In this document: positions 62,843 through 64,000 of the stretch, in pieces
Layout of the letters: each line of letters starts with the position of its first letter
Position numbering within the stretch: the first letter of the stretch is position 1
Source: Nitrososphaeraceae archaeon
Lineage (GTDB): Archaea; Thermoproteota; Nitrososphaeria; Nitrososphaerales; Nitrososphaeraceae
Assembly (NCBI GenBank): GCA_035762785.1
Contig: DASUCH010000043.1
Location: 7,158-71,157 of the forward strand
Length of the DNA stretch: 64,000 nt
Direction of reading: 5' to 3'
Program-made: the position numbers and the translations under genes
Notes under the pieces: model-generated
Told to the model about the DNA's origin: nothing
Databases searched by the model: none
Seen by the model: the letters and a program-made list of their open reading frames with translations, nothing else

Positions 62843-63634
62843 CTTTAATAAAGGTAGTGTCTTCCTGACTTCGTCGATTCTTTCTCTTTGAATCTCTACA
62901 ATTTCGACTCCTCTCTTATCGCCTAAATCACTAAGAATAGATCCCAAAGGATCTACCACCATACTTCTTCCACAAAATATATTTCCAACTTGATTTGGTG
63001 CTATTACATAGACTCCATTTTCCATAGCTCTTGCTTTAAGCATGGTAATCCAATGTTCTTCCTTCATTATACCCTGAACCCATCCTGATGGTATTATTAT
63101 TATATCTGAACCATTAATAGTAAGTATTCTAGAGAGTTCTGGAAATCTTATATCATAACAAATCATCAAACCCATTTTACCTATTGTAGTTGTTATTGGT
63201 TTTGGAATTTTATCTCCTTTACTAAACTTTAAAGACTCTTTAAAACCAAAGGCATCATAAAGATGCAATTTTCTATAAATCGAAACGATTTTTCCATTTT
63301 TATCAGTACTAAAAGCAGTATCAAAAACTTTTTTATCCGCGTTATAAGGATTTCTTTCAAAGAATGTACCTACCAATCCTATTTTATATTTTTTAGAATA
63401 CTGACATAATCTCTTTATAAATTTACTATTCGCTAAAAGTTCTGCAGTATTATAGAGTTCATCAAGCGTTTGAGTAGAGGGAGAAAAAGCCATCTGAAAT
63501 TCCGGGAAAAAAATATAATCAGCATGTTTATCTGCTGCTTCTTTGATGTATTTTAGGGATTCTCGTAAATTATCTTGCTTGTTAATTGAAGATTTCATCT
63601 GTACAATAGCAGACCGGAATTTTTTCTTTTTCAT
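62807..63634 (-). CDS. Carbon-nitrogen hydrolase (Nit1/deaminated-glutathione amidase-like)
   Basis: FPE, YRKLHLYD, ICYDIRFPE, ARAMEN and G.SMVVDP.G motifs. Confidence 0.93.
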   Translation of the reverse strand: MKKKKFRSAIVQMKSSINKQDNLRESLKYIKEAADKHADYIFFPEFQMAFSPSTQTLDELYNTAELLANSKFIKRLCQYSKKYKIGLVGTFFERNPYNADKKVFDTAFSTDKNGKIVSIYRKLHLYDAFGFKESLKFSKGDKIPKPITTTIGKMGLMICYDIRFPELSRILTINGSDIIIIPSGWVQGIMKEEHWITMLKARAMENGVYVIAPNQVGNIFCGRSMVVDPLGSILSDLGDKRGVEIVEIQRERIDEVRKTLPLLKNRRTDIYNLIS

Positions 63635-64000
63635 AGATATGTTCTTTGCTAAGAAACATTAATATATTTTCCTATTTATGATCTAGAAATAAAAATATTT
63701 ATCCCAATATTAAATTTGATCTTTTATGTTATTATAAAAAAATATAGATATTTTATGGCGTGACGGTTTCGATTTTCAACTCTACCATATTTTATTGATC
63801 CATTCTAAATCTATGTTTATGTGTATCAAATTAGAGCTTAAATACCAATTATTATTTCATCTAAATTCGCCTTAATCGTTCCTATTAATTTTGTTTTGCA
63901 TTGATATTTTTTATCTAATAATTATATCAAAAATAGATTGTCATAGACAAAAGAGTTAGATTTGATCTTGACATAAAATGTATCTATATCTTTAGTATAT

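Overview
A very AT-rich archaeal chromosomal window. The gene content (Nop5/fibrillarin, pelota, thermosome, archaeal-type ThrRS, FBP aldolase/phosphatase, ESCRT-III, DpsL, secreted PQQ sugar dehydrogenase) fits an ammonia-oxidising archaeon of the Nitrososphaerales, possibly Nitrosocosmicus-like. That taxonomy is an inference. Most of the window is housekeeping. The most striking region is a candidate uronic-acid exopolysaccharide system at about 36.7-51.4 kb, wrapped around thrS. It comprises a hyaluronan-synthase-like processive GT2 divergent from a short UDP-glucose/GDP-mannose dehydrogenase, a membrane-anchored AlgG-like beta-helix protein lacking the DPH catalytic motif, a secreted GH5-like hydrolase, a polyprenol-phosphate sugar synthase, a GT-C transferase and an HPr-kinase-like P-loop protein. 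Also seen: a possible arcadin-1-like protein, an EboB-like pair, a SelD-like protein next to cysH-sat, an IS6-family transposase pseudogene missing from the ORF track, four small unannotated ORFs, an orphan ATP synthase subunit I followed by a hairpin, and a 34-bp tandem duplication between topA and a nitrilase-family gene. I recognised no tRNA, rRNA or CRISPR array. All family assignments rest on motif recognition; no searches were run.
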